Assembly: GCA_021156325.1 (NCBI GenBank)
Contig: JAJNDI010000018.1
Coordinates: forward strand, 1-56,588
DNA length: 56,588 nt
Direction: 5' to 3'
DNA from: Gammaproteobacteria bacterium
GTDB lineage: Bacteria; Pseudomonadota; Gammaproteobacteria; JAJFKG01
A program made the translations under genes and the position numbers. This document shows positions 52,976 to 56,588 of the stretch, in pieces. Positions within the stretch are counted from its first letter, which is position 1. Each line of letters begins with the position of its first letter. A model generated the notes under the pieces. The model searched no databases and had not been told where the DNA came from. It was given only the letters and a program-made list of their open reading frames with translations.

Positions 52976-54474
52976 AAAAGAGTGAAAGCTTGCGTTTGGA
53001 AGGAATAACTTTCGCAAGAGCGGGTCAATTTGAAGAAGCATCTGTTTGTTTTCAAAAAGCGATAGAGCAGACTCCGGAAAACTACGCACTCTATAACGAT
53101 TTAGGGTTAAGCCTGGCCCGGCAGGGGCAATTTCAAGAAGCTGAAAAACAGTATTTAATGGCCATCGAAAAATATAAGGAGTATGTTGAAGCTTTAAACA
53201 ATCTGGCTAGTTTGTATTACAAACAAGAGCGCTTTGAAGAAGCTCTGTTTTTTTACCAAAAAGCGGTTTCCTATAATCCAGACTACTTGGCGGCCTATTA
53301 CAATATGGCTTTAATCTATATGAAATTAGAACAATTTGATGAAGCTATCATACAATTTAAAAAGGTTATCTCTTTATCGCCGAAACATGGACATGCCCAT
53401 TTTCATTTGGCTAACTTGCTGGTTCAAAAAAATCATCTGGAAGAGGCCGAAAACCATTATCATGAAGCCATTTTGCAGCAGCCGGCTCTGGTGAACGCCT
53501 ACACCAATTTGGCAGTAATTTATTTAAAGCAGAATCATATTGAAGATGCCAGAAAATACTATGAACAAGCGTTAACCTTGGATCCTGCTTTGCCAGAAGT
53601 CCATTTTAATATGGGCGTTATTCTGGCTGATCAAGGAAAGTTAAATGAAGCTATTATATTTTACAAGAAAACTATTGAATTAGATCCCTGCCATGCACAA
53701 GCTTTTCAGAATTTAGGCGCTTGTTATTACAAGCAAGATAATATGGCGTTAGCCATTGAATATTATGAAAAGGCTGTGAGTCTTTCGCCGGCAGATGCAA
53801 CCTTATCTTATCTTTTAAAAGCCTTAAAACAAGACAAAACACAGGAAACAGCGCCATTTAATTATGTCAGGCAGCTCTTTGATCGATATGCTGATGAATA
53901 CGATGATCATTTGCAAACGTTACTTATTTACCAAGTGCCCGTATTGTTAAAAACCGTTATTGAGGAGAAGAAGAGGCCTAAACTATGTGCCTGGGATGTC
54001 TTGGATCTGGGCTGCGGCACAGGGCTTATGGGTAAGATAATGAAACCTTATGCTCATTATTTATTGGGGGTAGATCTCTCAAAAAAGATGTTATTAAAAG
54101 CTGAAAGTAAAGCTATTTATGATGATTTAATTTGTGCTGATATTAAAACGTTTATCACGCAATGCAATCTCCGCTTTGATATGGTAGTGGCAGCTGACGT
54201 TTTAGGATATATTGGAAAATTAGAGGAATTGTTTCAAGCTGTTCATTGTTGCTTGAAAGAAAAGGGCTCGTTCGCTTTTAGTATTGAACTTGTTCAAAAT
54301 GAAGCAGATGCATTTTGTTTGCAGCCAACGGGTCGTTTTAAGCATGGCCAACAATACATTGAAAAACTTGCTAATCAATGTTCTTTTTCTATAAAACATC
54401 AAAAACTGGAAACGATTCGACTACAACAAGGATTGCCGGTGGAAGGCATGATTTTTTTGCTAAGTAAAAAGTGA
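52972..54474 (+). CDS. TPR-repeat protein fused to a SAM-dependent methyltransferase
   Basis: About 8-9 TPRs, then YVRQLFDRYA and VLDLGCGTGL. The GTG start overlaps the yggT stop. Confidence 0.88.
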   Translation: MKKSESLRLEGITFARAGQFEEASVCFQKAIEQTPENYALYNDLGLSLARQGQFQEAEKQYLMAIEKYKEYVEALNNLASLYYKQERFEEALFFYQKAVSYNPDYLAAYYNMALIYMKLEQFDEAIIQFKKVISLSPKHGHAHFHLANLLVQKNHLEEAENHYHEAILQQPALVNAYTNLAVIYLKQNHIEDARKYYEQALTLDPALPEVHFNMGVILADQGKLNEAIIFYKKTIELDPCHAQAFQNLGACYYKQDNMALAIEYYEKAVSLSPADATLSYLLKALKQDKTQETAPFNYVRQLFDRYADEYDDHLQTLLIYQVPVLLKTVIEEKKRPKLCAWDVLDLGCGTGLMGKIMKPYAHYLLGVDLSKKMLLKAESKAIYDDLICADIKTFITQCNLRFDMVVAADVLGYIGKLEELFQAVHCCLKEKGSFAFSIELVQNEADAFCLQPTGRFKHGQQYIEKLANQCSFSIKHQKLETIRLQQGLPVEGMIFLLSKK

Positions 54475-54503
54475 AAGTCACAAATTAAAATAAAGGTTAA
54501 TCT

Positions 54504-55592
54504 ATGAAAGATAAAATTGGTTATTTTCTACAACATGCCCAGGCAACTCCTGTTATGAGTGCTTTACATGCTATTACCCGTGGAGCATTGATTGCCGATA
54601 GGCGGAGCGCTGTTAAAGATTATAAACAAGTTTATCCTGAAAGCAAGATTCATCGTATATGGCCTTTTTTTTCTTCCTTTTCCAGCGCTTATCAATTGTT
54701 AAGTGATCTTCAAGTCTTGGTTCATTCAAAATTTGAATTGGGTATTACCAGGAGATTTCCCGAGCTTAAAAGGGTTATGGTCTTTCATGGTACTTATCGG
54801 ATTTTAGGCGAACAATTGCTGGAAGACTTGAATAAGTTTAAATTGCTGTTGTTAAATAGCCCGCGGCAGGAAAAAGCTTTGAATAGAATAGGGTCGCGGC
54901 TTCAGTGTGACTATCAAATCATAGGATATTTACCCTTTGATCATTTTCCTAAACCTACTCCAGAGGTAAAGCGTGCAATTAAGCTAAAATACCATTTAGC
55001 AGAAGATAAACCTACTGTTGTTTTTGCGCCTGCACGCCGGGCGGTGGGATCTTGGCTTGCCTATGCCTTAGCCATTGCAAAAGAAACACCAACCAACATG
55101 AATTTGATCTTAAGACCTCATCCTAATCAAATTTACAGTGCAACCTCATCTGAAAAAGCACTCTATCGTCAAATTTTGGAGTATGCCAAGACACGCTCAC
55201 ATCTTGTCCTGGATCTGGGTTTGGCAAAATTTCCAGAATTATTGTGTATTGCGGATGTATTGATTTCCGATGCCACTTCACCCGCAGAGGAATCACTTTA
55301 TTACGATATTCCACAATTATTGGCTGATATTAATAATAAAGCTGCTACAGAAGCAGCTTGTCGTGATGTCAGAATGCATCCAGATGATATCGACGATATT
55401 TTAAAACTTTATCATTGCGGACCAAATTACACAAAAGAAAAATATCGAAGCTGGGCAGAGGCGATCGACGAAGCGCTGTCAACAGCCGATCGCTATCAGC
55501 AAGCGCGGCAAGATTATTTTTTCAATGCTTTTGGTAACCGCCGTGAGGGGATTGCCTTGGCAGGCGCAAAGGCTATTGACCAATTGCTTTAA
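54504..55592 (+). CDS. CDP-glycerol glycerophosphotransferase-like (TagF/TagB family) protein
   Basis: MVFHG, TVVFAP, ILRPHP, ADVLISDATS motifs. Confidence 0.65.
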   Translation: MKDKIGYFLQHAQATPVMSALHAITRGALIADRRSAVKDYKQVYPESKIHRIWPFFSSFSSAYQLLSDLQVLVHSKFELGITRRFPELKRVMVFHGTYRILGEQLLEDLNKFKLLLLNSPRQEKALNRIGSRLQCDYQIIGYLPFDHFPKPTPEVKRAIKLKYHLAEDKPTVVFAPARRAVGSWLAYALAIAKETPTNMNLILRPHPNQIYSATSSEKALYRQILEYAKTRSHLVLDLGLAKFPELLCIADVLISDATSPAEESLYYDIPQLLADINNKAATEAACRDVRMHPDDIDDILKLYHCGPNYTKEKYRSWAEAIDEALSTADRYQQARQDYFFNAFGNRREGIALAGAKAIDQLL

Positions 55593-55666
55593 TCTTCATT
55601 GCCTTTTGCCGTTTCATCTCACTTAAAATAAGGCTTGCAGCATGATTTATTTCTTTTGAAGAATAT

Positions 55667-55891
55667 TTAAAATCCGATGTCCTTTAGCAATTCACATGCA
55701 TTGACTTTAAGCCCCTTTGCAATCCTGACAAGAGTAGTGATACTCATATTCTGTTCGCCTTCTTCAAGCGGTCCACAAAATGATCTCGCCATATCCATGC
55801 CTAAAGCAAGCGCATCCTGTGAGATTCCCGCGGCTTTTCTCAATGCACGTATTTTTTTGCCAACAATGATGGGTACTGCCTGATCTTCCAT
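55667..55891 (-). CDS. XRE-family HTH regulator
   Basis: VGKKIRALRKAAGISQDALA...EEGEQNMSITTLVRIAKGL. Confidence 0.85.
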   Translation of the reverse strand: MEDQAVPIIVGKKIRALRKAAGISQDALALGMDMARSFCGPLEEGEQNMSITTLVRIAKGLKVNACELLKDIGF

Positions 55892-56143
55892 ACCTTTTTA
55901 GCTTAAGATGAAAATTTCACCAAAGCTGCACCCAAGCAGGGGCGTTTTATTCTTTTCTTTAAAAAAAATCTCCTTTGTTGACAAGTGCATAGAGCCTGTT
56001 ACAATTAAAAACACCTTAGAAGGTGCCGCTCTAGAAGGGGCGTTTCTGAAGCGTAAAGGGGTAAGTCCATGCTTTGGAATAAGAGTGATTAGCCAGAAAA
56101 TCAGCATCTATTGAGGTTGCTGTGCGATAAGGAGATAGTGCAA

Positions 56144-56588
56144 ATGGGTTTAGCCATCCCAATGGCGGAAAGAGCTGCCTTGGCAACACTGACAAAAGAA
56201 CGATCTCTACCTGATTATCCATCCTCTGATCTTCATAAAAACAGTGTCAATAACACCTCAACATCATTGCCTCTAAGCGTGGCAGATGCAAAAAATTATA
56301 TTTATAACCAGATCGATTTCTCAAAAATAATTGCCAAAATGGTTGATCACCTGGGCTGGCAAGCTTGGGAAGCTGACAAGATGTGTCAAATGTATAAGAA
56401 TTTCTTATTCCTGATATTTTTACATCGGTATCAGGGCAATACCGATATGCTCTCCCCTTCTGAAGATATTGATGAGTTCTGGCATTTGCATATTCTGGAT
56501 ACGCAGCAATATGCCAAAGACTGCGACCGGCTTTTTGGAAAACGCCTGGAACATTATCCTTATCTTGGAATTGACGGCAAAACCAATA
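56144..56588 (+). CDS. Glycine-rich-domain (GRDP/DUF1399-like) protein, runs off the window
   Basis: Manual translation after a TAAGGAG SD: ...YKNFLFL...PSEDIDEFWHLHILDTQQYAKDCDRLFGKRLEHYPY; no stop before the window end. Confidence 0.75.
   Translation, partial: MGLAIPMAERAALATLTKERSLPDYPSSDLHKNSVNNTSTSLPLSVADAKNYIYNQIDFSKIIAKMVDHLGWQAWEADKMCQMYKNFLFLIFLHRYQGNTDMLSPSEDIDEFWHLHILDTQQYAKDCDRLFGKRLEHYPYLGIDGKTN

Noticed and set aside
55989-56055. tagagcctgtt IS5/MITE-like end and the adjacent hairpin
   Set aside because: No matching second terminal repeat or transposase in the window, and it does not fold as a tRNA.

Overview
A 56.6-kb chromosomal segment from a Gammaproteobacterium, probably Legionellales/Coxiellales-like. 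That placement is inferred from a PmrA-type box, a CIRCE plus sigma-32 groESL promoter, an orphan CsrA paralog and effector-like ORFans. Most of the window is housekeeping: typA, a CDF transporter, xthA, rpmE-ubiC-ubiA, pilMNOPQ-aroK-aroB-damX-hemE-waaA, feoABC, coaD-yfhL, rpmB-rpmG, algC-type PMM/PGM, pyrE, a second xth, an MFS transporter, rph, csrA-like, purD-purH, a double-Fis gene, accC-accB-aroQ, groES-groEL, pilT and proC-yggT. The standout is an ~12-kb accessory block (2672-14430) holding two diverged tandem copies of one three-part cassette. Each copy has (i) a conserved ~230-nt GGA-rich leader behind an extended -10 promoter, (ii) a Sec-exported beta-barrel-like protein with a variable 4-Cys C-terminal tip, and (iii) a 1100-1400-aa multi-pass membrane protein. 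The large protein looks like a eukaryotic glycoprotein: RxxR sites, many N-x-S/T sequons, a Pro/Thr tandem-repeat stalk, an ExxPLL dileucine motif just after a TM helix, and an acidic C-terminus. The block ends in two tandem, nearly identical ~70-nt putative sRNA genes with an anti-RBS seed. Other oddities are clean in-frame deletions in both groES (mobile loop) and groEL, a single-chain tandem Fis, a degenerate AroK, a second orphan sRNA, and four families of REP/MITE-like palindromic repeats. No tRNA, rRNA, CRISPR array or transposase is visible. All family assignments are by eye; no database searches were run.
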